This document shows positions 27,837 through 40,168 of a DNA stretch of 55,019 nt, in pieces. Position 1 is the first letter of the stretch. Each line of letters opens with the position of its first letter. Source of the DNA: Bacteroidota bacterium (GTDB lineage: Bacteria; Bacteroidota; Rhodothermia; Rhodothermales; Rubricoccaceae). The notes beneath the pieces were generated by a model that ran no database searches, had not been told where the DNA came from, and saw nothing but the letters and a program-made list of their open reading frames with translations. A program made the translations under genes and the position numbers. The stretch covers positions 1-55,019 of the forward strand of contig JBCDFO010000001.1 of the NCBI GenBank assembly GCA_039177895.1. The letters are read 5' to 3'.

Positions 27837-29045
27837 GTGAACTCTGTGCGTCGGCCCACCGTCAAGCTCGTTCTGCGTAAGTCAAAGCAACGTGCGAATG
27901 GCGAGGCCCCAGTCTACATCCGTGTCACCGCGAACCGGAAATCACGGTACACCGCAACTGGGGTCTATCTCGCCCCCAAATACTGGAACGCAACCAAAGA
28001 GCAAGTCCGGTCCTCGCATGAGATCGCGACCGCTCTTAACGCGAGACTTCGCGCGTTGCGGATCGAAGCCGAGAAGGCCGCTCTCGAATCGGTTTCCGCC
28101 GATCAAGTCAAGGACGCAATCGCTGGGTCGGGTGGTAGTCTGACCGACTACTTCCAGCAATTCGTTGATCGTCTGGATGCGGCCGGGAAACTATGGGAGT
28201 GGAAGAAATACCGGGTGACGCTTGGCAAGCTCAAAGCCTGCCTTGGCACTTCTATAGCCTGGGAAGAACTCGACCGAACCGCGCTCGACGCCTTTGAGCA
28301 TCACCTTCGGGATACGTGCGGGAACAGCCCCAACACGACCCGCAAGGAGTTGTCGCGCCTTGGGCGAGTCGTAAAGCAGGCTATCCGTGAAAACGTGATA
28401 CGGCCTGATCAAAACCCATTTCTCGTATTCGAGAAGCCGAAGGCCGTCAGACCGAACCGCCGCAAGCTTTCCATTAGCGATGTTCAGGCGCTCTTGTCCG
28501 CTGACCTGCCAGAAGGCTCATGGCCCTCGATTGCCCGAGACACATTCTGTTTCGCCTTCTTCGCAGCCGGAATGCGCTTCGGCGATGTGGCGACCCTGAA
28601 GGTGTCGGACATCGAGGAGGATAGGGTCAAGTACGCGATGCTGAAAACGGGGACGCCGATGTCGATCATGCTGCCCCCACCTGCAGTAGCAATCGCTTCT
28701 CGCTACCGATCCGGGGTAATCGAGTCAGATGGCTACCTCTTCCCTCTCCTGGAGGATGGAGATGAACGCGATGACGTTCATCTTCGGCGACGAATCAGTT
28801 CAAGAAATGCTCAGGTCAACCTGAACCTCAAAAAGGTCGCTGAGATCGCAGGCATAGCCCCCGAGGGCCTCAGCTTCCATGTTGCGCGCCACAGCTTTGC
28901 GGACCACGCTCTACGCAACGGGGGCAACATCTATTCGCTTAGCAAGTCGCTCGGCCACAAGTACCTCCACACCACGGATCAATACCTCAAACAGAGTGAC
29001 AACGAGGCTGTGGACAAGCTCACACAGACCATATGGAGTCACTAG
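27837..29045 (+). CDS. tyrosine site-specific integrase (Bacteroidetes type, with N-terminal Arm DNA-binding domain)
   Basis: TVKLVLRKSKQRANGEAPVYIRVTANRKSRY arm-domain signature. Catalytic region FHVARHSFA...LGHKYLHTTDQYL. Start uncertain: GTG at 27837 is assumed, and the ORF opens at TTG 27756. Confidence 0.85.
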   Translation: MNSVRRPTVKLVLRKSKQRANGEAPVYIRVTANRKSRYTATGVYLAPKYWNATKEQVRSSHEIATALNARLRALRIEAEKAALESVSADQVKDAIAGSGGSLTDYFQQFVDRLDAAGKLWEWKKYRVTLGKLKACLGTSIAWEELDRTALDAFEHHLRDTCGNSPNTTRKELSRLGRVVKQAIRENVIRPDQNPFLVFEKPKAVRPNRRKLSISDVQALLSADLPEGSWPSIARDTFCFAFFAAGMRFGDVATLKVSDIEEDRVKYAMLKTGTPMSIMLPPPAVAIASRYRSGVIESDGYLFPLLEDGDERDDVHLRRRISSRNAQVNLNLKKVAEIAGIAPEGLSFHVARHSFADHALRNGGNIYSLSKSLGHKYLHTTDQYLKQSDNEAVDKLTQTIWSH

Positions 29046-29689
29046 CACCACCCTGGGTATTGCTCTCCGACACTGAGCAATTTGAACTCCGCCACTTCTT
29101 CGGCGGGGCCCGCGAGAGTGATGGCATGCGCACCATAGACGCGATCATGTTCGGCGAGATCGACGTCGAAGAGGCAATTCGCCGTCTGAGGAGCGAATGG
29201 GAGCACGCACTCGTACTGCTTAACGCGCAGGATATCGACGCGTTCAAGGACGCGTACTACCAGGCGCGCAAACGCGGCGGGGATGGCAATCCGCTCAGGG
29301 CGAACGTGATGGAGCACCTAGACCATTACGACCATTCGCATAGCCTACTGAAGGTCTCGATTGCAAAACGACCTCCGAGAAAGCCCCGAGTCTTCTGGGA
29401 TCGCTTTGAGCCTGGACCCGGAAATCCTAACCTAAAAGCAGGACGACGTCCGAGCGTAGAACACTTCGCGGAGTGCGCTACGCTGTTGATCCACGATAAC
29501 GGGATAGGACGTTATCGAGCCAAGCGATACACAGGGTCAGCCACCTATATCCCTGAATCGCTTGTAGACGATGTGGCGAAGAGACTTCAGGAGACCCCAG
29601 CAATCACGAAGAAGCGTCTCCAAAAAGCTAGAGAGGTAGGTTTACTTGAGCTACCGCCTGGAATCTTCGTAAGGGTGAAGGCACCATGA
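29033..29689 (+). CDS. hypothetical protein, overlapping the integrase stop
   Basis: 218 aa. ATG at 29033 overlaps the integrase stop by 13 nt. No recognisable motif. Moderately lower GC. Confidence 0.5.
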   Translation: MESLAPPWVLLSDTEQFELRHFFGGARESDGMRTIDAIMFGEIDVEEAIRRLRSEWEHALVLLNAQDIDAFKDAYYQARKRGGDGNPLRANVMEHLDHYDHSHSLLKVSIAKRPPRKPRVFWDRFEPGPGNPNLKAGRRPSVEHFAECATLLIHDNGIGRYRAKRYTGSATYIPESLVDDVAKRLQETPAITKKRLQKAREVGLLELPPGIFVRVKAP

Positions 29690-29749
29690 ATCTATGCAAG
29701 GTATGACGTTCGTATCAGGTTAGGAATTATTCAGACCCTTGATCTACCG

Positions 29750-29804
29750 AATTGATACCGTAGCTCTTTAAATTGATACTATAAAGAAAATAATTGGTAT
29801 CATT
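29750..29804. promoter_or_regulatory. AT-rich region with three ATTGATAC-type sites
   Basis: aattgatacc (29750..29759), aattgatact (29771..29780) and the inverted aattggtatcatt (29792..29804), upstream of the Xis-like gene. Confidence 0.3.
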
Positions 29805-29907
29805 AGAACTAAGAATCGATTCGACTAGGCTGGAGGATCAGTTAGCATCGGCGTAATTGGTGGGCTACTCTGCGGCACCACACCGCAACTCAAGCCCTCC
29901 TAGCCCA

Positions 29908-30213
29908 ATGGACTCCCCTCTGATCATCTCCTCAGAAAAGACTCTTCAGGCCCTCATCCACGCTGCGGTCCAGTCTGGTATTTCCGAGGCGCTCCCCTCG
30001 CTTATTCGAGAGGCTACTCGCAAGGAGTGGCTCACGAAGAAGGAGTTGATGGAGCTCACAGGTTGGTCGGCACGCCAAGTCGAATACAAGAAATCCAAGA
30101 GGCAGATTCCCTTTGTCCGCCGGGGGCGCACGATCCTCTTCCCTACCGATGAGGTTCTAGCCTACTTCCGCGAGGGCTACGTGCCGGCTCGTGGCGACTC
30201 CACCAGTCGCTGA
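29908..30213 (+). CDS. excisionase/MerR-type helix-turn-helix DNA-binding protein
   Basis: ATG at 29908. WLTKKELMELTGWSARQVEYKKSKRQIPFVRRGRTILFPTDEVLAYF fits the HTH_17/Xis pattern. Confidence 0.6.
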   Translation: MDSPLIISSEKTLQALIHAAVQSGISEALPSLIREATRKEWLTKKELMELTGWSARQVEYKKSKRQIPFVRRGRTILFPTDEVLAYFREGYVPARGDSTSR

Positions 30214-30261
30214 ACCCCAATAAATATCAATGGGGACGAGACTACAGTTTTTGCAACGACC

Positions 30262-31149
30262 ATGGTGGACACGGTCCTCATCAGCGTGCCTGAGACCGGG
30301 TCTATCGCCCAGCTTGAATCGTGCCGCGAGACGCGCGACGTAAGCAGCGGCCTAGTAACAACGCATGGACGCCTAGGTACGCTAAGGGTCACCCGCAAGC
30401 CTGACGGGGAGACTTCGATTCGGGGAAGCCTCCCCCGCTGGTATTACGGCCGCAACGTTCAGACGATGACCGCCGCCGACGTGCGCGCCGCCGCCGCCGA
30501 CCTTGCGACTATCCTCGACTTCAACCCCGCCGACGGTCTCGTTTACCGCCTCGATCTAGCCGCTACGCTAGAACTACCGCGCCCAGTCGCTGAGTACCTC
30601 CCGCTCTTCGGACCGATCTCGCGCGTTGATCGCATTATCCACGAGAAGCGCGGTGTCGTCTATCCCTGGTCGTACCGGACGGTCTCGGTCTATGACAAAG
30701 GACACGAGGCGAAAGTACCTGGCCACCTTCTTCGGTTCGAGGTTCAATACAAGCAGCAGGTCAAACGCCAACTCAAGCTCACGAGCGCGCTTACGTTGGC
30801 CGACTTGGCGGCGGCGAGCACGATGGCCATGCTCGCGCAACGTTGGCAGGCGTGGTATGATCGTATCCCTAAACTGCGTATACCGGCGCTCACGCTTTCG
30901 CCGAGCGTGAAGGATCTCGACGTACAGCTTGCTCAGATTGGCCTTGCCAAGGTCGGCCTCGATCACCTGCTCGGTCTCGTCGACGCGTCTGCGCTCACCC
31001 CGAGTACCAAAACGCGGATGCGGACCCGGTTAAAGGAACGAGCCACCGGCGGCGGGTCCTCCGTCTCCGCATCCCGCATTGACGAACTCGACACAGCGAT
31101 CGAAGCAGCGATCAGGTACGCGATGGGCTCGCCCGATTCGGGCGCGTGA
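30262..31149 (+). CDS. putative phage/plasmid replication-initiation-like protein (gene II/X family-like)
   Basis: 295 aa. MVDTVLISVP start, then GSLPRWYYGRNVQTMT...VYRLDLAATLELP...YLPLFG, resembling the GSLxKxxxGxN ... RxDxA pattern of that family. Assigned from memory only. Confidence 0.4.
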   Translation: MVDTVLISVPETGSIAQLESCRETRDVSSGLVTTHGRLGTLRVTRKPDGETSIRGSLPRWYYGRNVQTMTAADVRAAAADLATILDFNPADGLVYRLDLAATLELPRPVAEYLPLFGPISRVDRIIHEKRGVVYPWSYRTVSVYDKGHEAKVPGHLLRFEVQYKQQVKRQLKLTSALTLADLAAASTMAMLAQRWQAWYDRIPKLRIPALTLSPSVKDLDVQLAQIGLAKVGLDHLLGLVDASALTPSTKTRMRTRLKERATGGGSSVSASRIDELDTAIEAAIRYAMGSPDSGA

Positions 31150-31354
31150 TCGTGCAACTGGACAATCGAGGCAAACAGAATCGGCTTCGTCCAAATCGAG
31201 GGATCTGGCCGCCGCCGCGAGCACCTTTGCGGTCTCACAGAGATGCTCTGAAGTCTGGCCCTGAGTCCGCAAGCACGTGTCCCGATAGCTATGTGCTCTT
31301 GTGACGCAACCTCTCAATTTCAGCACATGAGACCACCATCGGGCGGATCGCTGA

Positions 31355-31463
31355 AACCCCCATGCAACCTAGAACCCCCATGCATTGGGAGAACCCCCAT
31401 GCGTTGGAACCCCCATGCAAGCTGGAACCCCCATGCAAGCTGGAACCCCCATGCAAGCTGGAA
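31355..31463 (+). repeat. six direct repeats with core AACCCCCATGCA (iteron-like)
   Basis: Cores at 31355, 31373, 31392, 31408, 31426 and 31444. The last three 18-bp units are identical (aacccccatgcaagctgg). Confidence 0.9.
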
Positions 31464-31622
31464 CTGAGATTGCCCCGATTGGAGGACTCAGCGCACATTT
31501 GTACGCCTCAAGAAGCATCGGAGTGTTCTGGGTGAAGCGTTGTGTACGCTGCACAATCGACAAGTCACTAGAATAGCCTGCACTGAGCGCCAACCCAGAG
31601 GCGACCATTCAATGGGCTGTAA

Positions 31623-31638
31623 TGGCGCTATCATTGCC
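31623..31638 (+). promoter_or_regulatory. candidate sigma54 promoter upstream of the kinase/activator operon
   Basis: TGGCGCtatcaTTGCc with GG-N10-GC spacing, 122 bp upstream of the ATG at 31760. Confidence 0.45.
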
Positions 31639-31759
31639 CACCCCTGAGATGTACTTCAGTGCCATAGTTTCAGCAGTGATTACTGGCACGGCCAATCGCC
31701 CACCGCATAACCGCTGGTTCGGCTTCGGCCCCTCACGAGGTATCGTCACTAGTCAATTG

Positions 31760-34306
<2,547 letters not shown>

Positions 34307-34317
34307 GGAGCCCGCAT

Positions 34318-35832
34318 ATGACCACGGAGCCTGACGCCGCCCTGCCCGAACCGAGCGCCGGTACGGTCCTCGTCGTGGACGACATGCCCGCCAACGTGGG
34401 CGTGCTCTTCGACCACCTCAGCCAGTCGGGCTACACCGTCCTCGTGGCCGAGAGCGGCGCGAGCGCGCTCCTGCAGGCGCGGCACGGCCAGCCCGACCTC
34501 ATCCTTCTCGATGTGCAGATGCCGGGCCTCGACGGCTTCGAGGTGTGCCGCCGCCTCAAGCACCACCCCGAGACGCGCCACATCCCGGTGCTCTTCATGA
34601 CGGCGCTGGCCGACGCCGAGGACAAGGTGCGCGGCTTCAGCATGGGCGCGCAGGACTACATCACGAAGCCGTTCCAGCACGAGGAGGTCGTCGCACGGGT
34701 GGAGACGCACCTCACGCTCCGGCGGCTCCAGGACGAACTGAAAGCCGCCAACGCCGACCTCGAAGCGCGCGTGGAGCAGCGCACGGCTGAGTTGCAGGCC
34801 GCGCTGAAGGAGGTCGAGGCGCTGCGCGACCGGTTGCAGGACGAGAACCGCTACCTCCGAGACGAGGTGGCGCAGGTGCATGCCGCCGACGGAATCGTGG
34901 GGCAGAGTCCAGCGCTCGCCAAGGTGCTCGGCCAGGTGGAGCGCGTAGCCGCGACCGACGCGACCGTCCTCATCCTCGGCGAGACCGGGACGGGCAAAGA
35001 ACTCTTCGCCCGTGCTGTCCACGCCGCGAGCCCGCGCCGCGACCGCCCGCTCATCAAAGTCAACTGCGCTGCGCTGCCGGAGACGCTCATCGAGAGCGAA
35101 CTGTTTGGCCATGAGAGGGGCGCCTTCACCGGCGCGACGGCCCGCCGCATCGGACGCTTCGAGCTGGCCGACGGCGGGACGATCTTCCTCGACGAGATCG
35201 GCGACCTGCCGCTCGCGCTCCAGGCCAAGCTGCTCCGGGTGTTGCAGGAGGGCGAGTTCGAGCGGCTCGGCAGCCCCGAGACGCGCCGCGTGGACGTGCG
35301 CGTGATCGCCGCGACGAATCGCGACCTGGCCGCGCGCTCGGTCGAGGGGACGTTCCGCGAGGACCTCTACTACCGCCTCAACGTGGTGCCGCTCAAGCTC
35401 CCGCCGCTGCGCGAGCGACGCGGCGACGTGCCGCTGCTCGTCCAGCACGTGCTCGCGAAGGCGGCACAGCGGTTCGGCCGTCCCATTCCGGCCGTCCCCG
35501 AAGCCGTCATGGCGGCGCTCGGCGCGTACGCGTGGCCCGGCAACGTCCGCGAACTAGCCAACGTCGTTGAGCGCGCCGTCATTCTCTCCGACGGCCCGAT
35601 GCTCCACCTTGACGAGCCGCTCGGTGCCGCCCGCCCGCCCTCGACTGTCCCCACCAGTTCGGACCTCACGATGGAGGCTGTCGAGCGCGCGCACCTGCTG
35701 CACGTCCTCGGCACGACGGCGTGGCGCGTGCGGGGGGCCGGAGGCGCGGCCGATGTACTGGGCCTCAATCCGAGCACCCTTCGTTCGCGGATGAAGAAGC
35801 TCGGCATCGAGCGCCCGCAGCCGTCCGCGTGA
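34318..35832 (+). CDS. sigma54-dependent response regulator (NtrC family enhancer-binding protein)
   Basis: REC ([11 protein letters not shown]), AAA+ domain with GETGTGKE Walker A and the GAFTGA sigma54-contact motif, and a C-terminal Fis-type HTH. Starts 12 nt after the kinase stop. Confidence 0.9.
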   Translation: MTTEPDAALPEPSAGTVLVVDDMPANVGVLFDHLSQSGYTVLVAESGASALLQARHGQPDLILLDVQMPGLDGFEVCRRLKHHPETRHIPVLFMTALADAEDKVRGFSMGAQDYITKPFQHEEVVARVETHLTLRRLQDELKAANADLEARVEQRTAELQAALKEVEALRDRLQDENRYLRDEVAQVHAADGIVGQSPALAKVLGQVERVAATDATVLILGETGTGKELFARAVHAASPRRDRPLIKVNCAALPETLIESELFGHERGAFTGATARRIGRFELADGGTIFLDEIGDLPLALQAKLLRVLQEGEFERLGSPETRRVDVRVIAATNRDLAARSVEGTFREDLYYRLNVVPLKLPPLRERRGDVPLLVQHVLAKAAQRFGRPIPAVPEAVMAALGAYAWPGNVRELANVVERAVILSDGPMLHLDEPLGAARPPSTVPTSSDLTMEAVERAHLLHVLGTTAWRVRGAGGAADVLGLNPSTLRSRMKKLGIERPQPSA

Positions 35833-35971
35833 AGCCCCCCCAACGAATAGGAGGAGGGCCGCGCGCGAGATATCACGCCTGTGCGAGATACCGCGCGACA
35901 AAGCCGACGGTACGTGGTGCCGAATCGACGTTTTTGAAGCAACAGGGCCGATTGGGAGGCATGGTTGGGAT

Positions 35972-35987
35972 CGGCACGCGGCTGGCA
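35972..35987 (+). promoter_or_regulatory. candidate sigma54 promoter upstream of the barrel gene
   Basis: cGGCACgcggcTGGCa with GG-N10-GC spacing, 75 bp upstream of the ATG at 36062. Confidence 0.4.
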
Positions 35988-36061
35988 AAGGAAACGAGCA
36001 GCAGCGCATCAGACTCGTGAGCGCGCTGCTCTTCGTCCCGACCACCCATACGTGTACGACC

Positions 36062-36694
36062 ATGCACCGCTCTCTGCACCACATTACCCGACGCCTCGCG
36101 CTCGTCCTTCTCCTCATCGCCCCCGCGTCAGCCTTCGCTCAATTCGACGCCCCTGCGAGGCCCGCCTACTCTAACACTGACGGACTCTTCCTACACCTCC
36201 GCTCCGGCGGCCACGGCATCGCCTTCAACGACGCTGGGGACGACAGCGGCGGCAGCATCGGGCTGCGCGTCGGCTACGGCCTCTCCCGGCGCGTCACGCT
36301 CTACCTCGGCTTCGAGGGCGGTTCGTTGGGGGGCGAGAGTCGCCTTCCCGGCATGGAAGCCATCGACGACTCCGGCCTCGCCTACCTCGAACTCGGCGGG
36401 CGCTACCACTTCCGTCCGGGGCACCGCTTCGTCCCCTACGCCGACGCTGCGCTCTTCGTGATGGGAGCCGGGGCCGACCTACCCGGCGACGATGTGACCT
36501 ACGCGGGTGCCGGTCTCTCCGCCGGGGCGGGCGCGCTCTACTTCGTCACGCCGCGCGTGGCGCTCGAAGGCGGCGCGACGTTCTCCGGCGGTCGCCTCTT
36601 CGAGCGCGAGCTCGACGGGCGCGACGACGACATCGAGATCGGGATGGCAGGCGTCCGCATGCACGTCGGTGTGACGTTCTATCCGTTCCGCTAG
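36062..36694 (+). CDS. small outer-membrane beta-barrel protein
   Basis: ATG at 36062. Signal peptide LLLIAPASAFAQ, Gly/Tyr-rich alternating strands, C-terminal VTFYPFR. Confidence 0.6.
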   Translation: MHRSLHHITRRLALVLLLIAPASAFAQFDAPARPAYSNTDGLFLHLRSGGHGIAFNDAGDDSGGSIGLRVGYGLSRRVTLYLGFEGGSLGGESRLPGMEAIDDSGLAYLELGGRYHFRPGHRFVPYADAALFVMGAGADLPGDDVTYAGAGLSAGAGALYFVTPRVALEGGATFSGGRLFERELDGRDDDIEIGMAGVRMHVGVTFYPFR

Positions 36695-36829
36695 CGCCTC
36701 AGGTCCCCACGCCAGGGCCTTCTCACGACCGGAGCACCGGGCTGCCTTTCGAGGTGGCCCGGCGCTCGTCGTTGCGGCGCGTGTGAACTCCAGAGGTTCC
36801 TTGACGGGTAGCACGTTGGAACGCGCTGC

Positions 36830-37327
36830 TCAGTCTGCGCCGTCGGCCGTGAGTTGCTGCATCAGAGATGCCATGTCGAGCAACTCCCACTCCTCGGCGA
36901 TGCGCCCGTCCCGCACACGGCTGTGCACGATGCCGTCCACTGAAACTGAGCGCCCTGTGGCAGGCAGGCCCATGAGTGGACCTGCGTGGGTACCGGTCAG
37001 TGTTAAGGTCGTCGCCACCTGTTCGCCGTCCCCGAAGAGGTTGTCGATGCGAACATGCAAGTCGGGGAAGGCCTCGCGATAGCCGCTGAACAGCACCTGG
37101 AGTGAGCCGGGGCCTACCAGCTCTTCACCGGGAGCGCGGTACATGTAGTCCGCGTGCAGTAGGTCGGGGAGTAGGGCATAGTTCTGGCCATTGATGACCT
37201 CCTCAATCAAGCGGCGGACGAGCGTTTGCGCTGACGCCTCGTCCTCCTTAGCTCTGCGAGGGGGAGTGGCGGGCGGAAGATGGGAATATGCCTCATCGTG
37301 GGCAGTGGCGTTGGTGTGGTCGTGCAT
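36830..37327 (-). CDS. SnoaL-like ester cyclase family protein
   Basis: ATG at 37327 within ORF 36830..37609. LVRRLIEEVINGQNYALLPDLLHADY...FPDLHVRIDNL...RDGRIAEEWELLD fits the predicted ester cyclase (COG5485) pattern. Confidence 0.7.
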   Translation of the reverse strand: MHDHTNATAHDEAYSHLPPATPPRRAKEDEASAQTLVRRLIEEVINGQNYALLPDLLHADYMYRAPGEELVGPGSLQVLFSGYREAFPDLHVRIDNLFGDGEQVATTLTLTGTHAGPLMGLPATGRSVSVDGIVHSRVRDGRIAEEWELLDMASLMQQLTADGAD

Positions 37328-37638
37328 GACAGACGCATGGGTTGGTGAAAAGCGAGACGCTTCCAAAGTCGAGCGAATGAGAGGCGCGCTTCTTGGCATC
37401 GCGCGCCAACGTTTGTGCACGAGGTGCCAATCGCCCAGGTATGTCGGTGCAGCGCTCTCGGCGCTCGACACGGATGGGGAGGGAGGACGGATCGACGAGA
37501 CCCCAGGCCCTGCGGCGACGCGCGAGATATCGCCGCGCGCGCGAGATGCCGCGCAAGAGACAGCCAATAGCGAGGCTGACTGGTCTCCAAACCGGTCATT
37601 TTCGTTCAAAATCGCCGATTTGAGCTCGTTCGGCGGGT

Positions 37639-37654
37639 TGGCACGTGGCTCGCA
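37639..37654 (+). promoter_or_regulatory. candidate sigma54 promoter upstream of the S41 peptidase
   Basis: TGGCACgtggcTCGCa with GG-N10-GC spacing, 69 bp upstream of the ATG at 37723. Confidence 0.5.
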
Positions 37655-37722
37655 CTAGAGGGAAGCACACGGGGCGCATACGTCGCGCCCTGCCTCTCTT
37701 CACCCCACGCTCTCTGCTTGCC

Positions 37723-39405
37723 ATGTGCTACCTCCCAAGCCGGACTCACCTCCGCCTCGCGCTCGCGTTCCTCCTCCTGCTCGTGCTCGGACCGCTCGTC
37801 CACGCCCAGCCGCTCAACTCTACGAACCTCGACCTGGACGGAATCTGGGAGTCGCTGGGCTACGGCGTTGTCCTGGACATTGAGGACGGAGAGGGCGCGG
37901 TCTACCAACTCACCGCCGTCAGCCGCTATGAGACCGACGCGCTCGTCTACGATGGCCTCCTCCTCGAAGAAGGCGACAACGGCGAGGCCGTCCCGGTGGG
38001 CGTGTTCTCCCGTGCGGGCGATGTGGTCACGCTGACCACGCCCGACGGGACCGAGATCGACTTCGTCACCATCGAGGCGGTCCCGGACCGGCCCATCACG
38101 GAGGCCACTGACGACCCCGTTGCCACGTTCGAGGTGCTCTGGCATGCCATCGACCAGCACTTCTCTTTCTTCGATCTGCGCCCCGACGTGGACTGGCAGG
38201 CGGTCTACGACGAGGCCCGTCCGCTCCTCGACGCGCAGACCTCGGACGAGGACCTGTTCGAACTGCTGGCGGCCATGCTCGCCCCGCTCGGTGACGGTCA
38301 TGGTGGGCTTGTCGCCGAAGACGAGGGATGGGGCTTCGACCCCCGTCCGCCGATCCGCTCGCTTTGGATGGCCGAGCGTATCGAGGAAGTCCTCGGTGCA
38401 ATCGCCAGCACGCTTGACGACGGCGAGTTGGAGTTGCTGCCCAACGGGCTCATGGCGGTCGGAACTATCGGTGCCGAGACGCCCGGCGCGTCGGTCGGCT
38501 ACCTCGCCACCTTCGGCTACATGGGCTACGCCGAGGCCCCGTTCGATGAGGCCGCGGCCTTCGCCGAGGCGCTCGATGGCGTGCTTGCCGACGCGCAGGA
38601 CCTCGACGCGCTCATCCTCGATCTCCGCTTCAACCCGGGCGGCTTCGACCACCTCGGGCGCGTGCTCGCGAGCCGGTTCGTGGATCAGGAGTACGTCGCG
38701 TTTCAGAAGCAGGCGCGAGTCGGCGGGCCGGACGTGTTTGCGGACCTCGCACCGCGGCTGATCGCGCCCGAAGGTGTCCCCTTCGTGGGCAAGCCCGTGG
38801 TCGTGCTCACGAGCGGGCTGACGTGGAGCGCGGGCGAGGTGCAGGCGCTCACGTTGCGCGGTCTGCCGAACGTGCTCCTCGTCGGTGAGCCGACAGGTGG
38901 AGCCTTCTCGAACCAGTACGAGGTCGCGCTGCCGAACGGCTGGGACCTCACGCTCTCCAACGAGCGCTACGTGTCGCGCGACGGCGAGCAGTTCGAGTAC
39001 GTGGGCGTGCCGCCGGACGTGTTCGAAGTACCGAGCGAGGCTGCGCTGGACGAAGGCCGCGACAACGTGCTAGAGCGCGCCCTCGCCGAGATCGCGGCGC
39101 TGCTGCCGACCGCCGGAGAGCCCGACGCGCTCCCCGAAACCGGCGTGCGTCTCGATCCCGCCTACCCGAACCCCTTCGCGGACACCGCCACGCTCGCCTT
39201 CCACCTTGCTACCGCTGAGACCGTCAGCGTCGAGGTGCTGGACCTGCTCGGGCGCCGCGTTGCGCAGCCGCTCGACCGTGCTGCGCTGCCAGCAGGCACC
39301 CACACCGTCCCGCTGGACGGGGCCGGGCTGGCGAGCGGGACCTACGTCGTGCGCCTCTACACCGCCACCGTTTCCGAGACGCGACGCGTGACGCGCCTCC
39401 GCTAG
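37723..39405 (+). CDS. S41-family peptidase with T9SS C-terminal sorting domain
   Basis: ATG at 37723 followed by a signal peptide. LTSGLTWSAGE Ser-nucleophile region. C-terminal YPNPFADTATLAFHL...GTYVVRLYT...RVTRLR matches the Por/T9SS CTD pattern. Confidence 0.7.
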   Translation: MCYLPSRTHLRLALAFLLLLVLGPLVHAQPLNSTNLDLDGIWESLGYGVVLDIEDGEGAVYQLTAVSRYETDALVYDGLLLEEGDNGEAVPVGVFSRAGDVVTLTTPDGTEIDFVTIEAVPDRPITEATDDPVATFEVLWHAIDQHFSFFDLRPDVDWQAVYDEARPLLDAQTSDEDLFELLAAMLAPLGDGHGGLVAEDEGWGFDPRPPIRSLWMAERIEEVLGAIASTLDDGELELLPNGLMAVGTIGAETPGASVGYLATFGYMGYAEAPFDEAAAFAEALDGVLADAQDLDALILDLRFNPGGFDHLGRVLASRFVDQEYVAFQKQARVGGPDVFADLAPRLIAPEGVPFVGKPVVVLTSGLTWSAGEVQALTLRGLPNVLLVGEPTGGAFSNQYEVALPNGWDLTLSNERYVSRDGEQFEYVGVPPDVFEVPSEAALDEGRDNVLERALAEIAALLPTAGEPDALPETGVRLDPAYPNPFADTATLAFHLATAETVSVEVLDLLGRRVAQPLDRAALPAGTHTVPLDGAGLASGTYVVRLYTATVSETRRVTRLR

Positions 39406-39463
39406 CGCGGGCCTACGAGCGAGCTCCATCTCCACGCTTTCAGAACTACAACACCCTCTACCC

Positions 39464-40138
39464 ATGACTACGCTCACGTCTCCTCCAAACGCCTCCACCC
39501 GCACGCGACCCGTCTCCACGTCGTCCAACTACGAAGCGTCTGCCTCCAAGCCATCCGCCCCCGTCGATTGGCATGCGCCCGTACCTCGCCCTGGTCTTGC
39601 CGGAGGGTGGGACCGCTTCATCGGCCCTGGCGCAACGCCCGCTGAGCAGGCCTTGGCCGTCGTGCCTGCGCTCATTGCGGCCATCGTCCTCCCCGTCTAT
39701 GCTGCCGCGCAGGGGCTGGACTGGACGACCGCGCAGGCGGTCGTTGCGGGCCTCCTCGCCTTCGACATCGTCGGCGGGGTGGTCACGAACGCCACGTCGA
39801 GCGCGAAGCGGTGGTACCACCGCGCGGGCCAGGGGGCGCGTCAGCATCTCAGCTTCGTCGCGCTCCACGTCGCGCAGATCGGACTCGTGGGATGGCTCTT
39901 CCGCGACCTGGACTTCGCTTACATCGGTGTGGTCTACGGGGCGCTACTCGCGGCGGCCGTTCTCGTGCTGCGGGTGCCTCGTCGGCTCCAGCGAAGCGTC
40001 GCGTTGCTGCTCACCGTCGCGGCGCTCCCCTTCGGGCTCTACGCCCTAGCGCCGACGCCGGGCCTGGAGTGGTTCGTCCCAGCGCTCTTCCTGAAGCTCC
40101 TCGTGAGCCACCTCACGGCGGAAGAGCCCTACGCCTAG
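39464..40138 (+). CDS. hypothetical multi-pass membrane protein
   Basis: 224 aa with about 6 hydrophobic helices. No family recognised. Confidence 0.5.
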   Translation: MTTLTSPPNASTRTRPVSTSSNYEASASKPSAPVDWHAPVPRPGLAGGWDRFIGPGATPAEQALAVVPALIAAIVLPVYAAAQGLDWTTAQAVVAGLLAFDIVGGVVTNATSSAKRWYHRAGQGARQHLSFVALHVAQIGLVGWLFRDLDFAYIGVVYGALLAAAVLVLRVPRRLQRSVALLLTVAALPFGLYALAPTPGLEWFVPALFLKLLVSHLTAEEPYA

Positions 40139-40168
40139 ACGGCGTGCTATCGGCGAAGCCACGCTGAT

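Noticed and set aside
31289-31608. Small ORFs encoding GGSSLHGGSSLH or MQAGTPMQAGT repeats, and the possibility of a CRISPR array
   Set aside because: The peptides are translation artefacts of the 18-bp direct repeats. The repeats are contiguous with no unique spacers, are far shorter than CRISPR repeats, and no cas genes are present.
37606-38652. 348-aa ORF on the minus strand
   Set aside because: It is antisense to the S41 peptidase gene. No motif.
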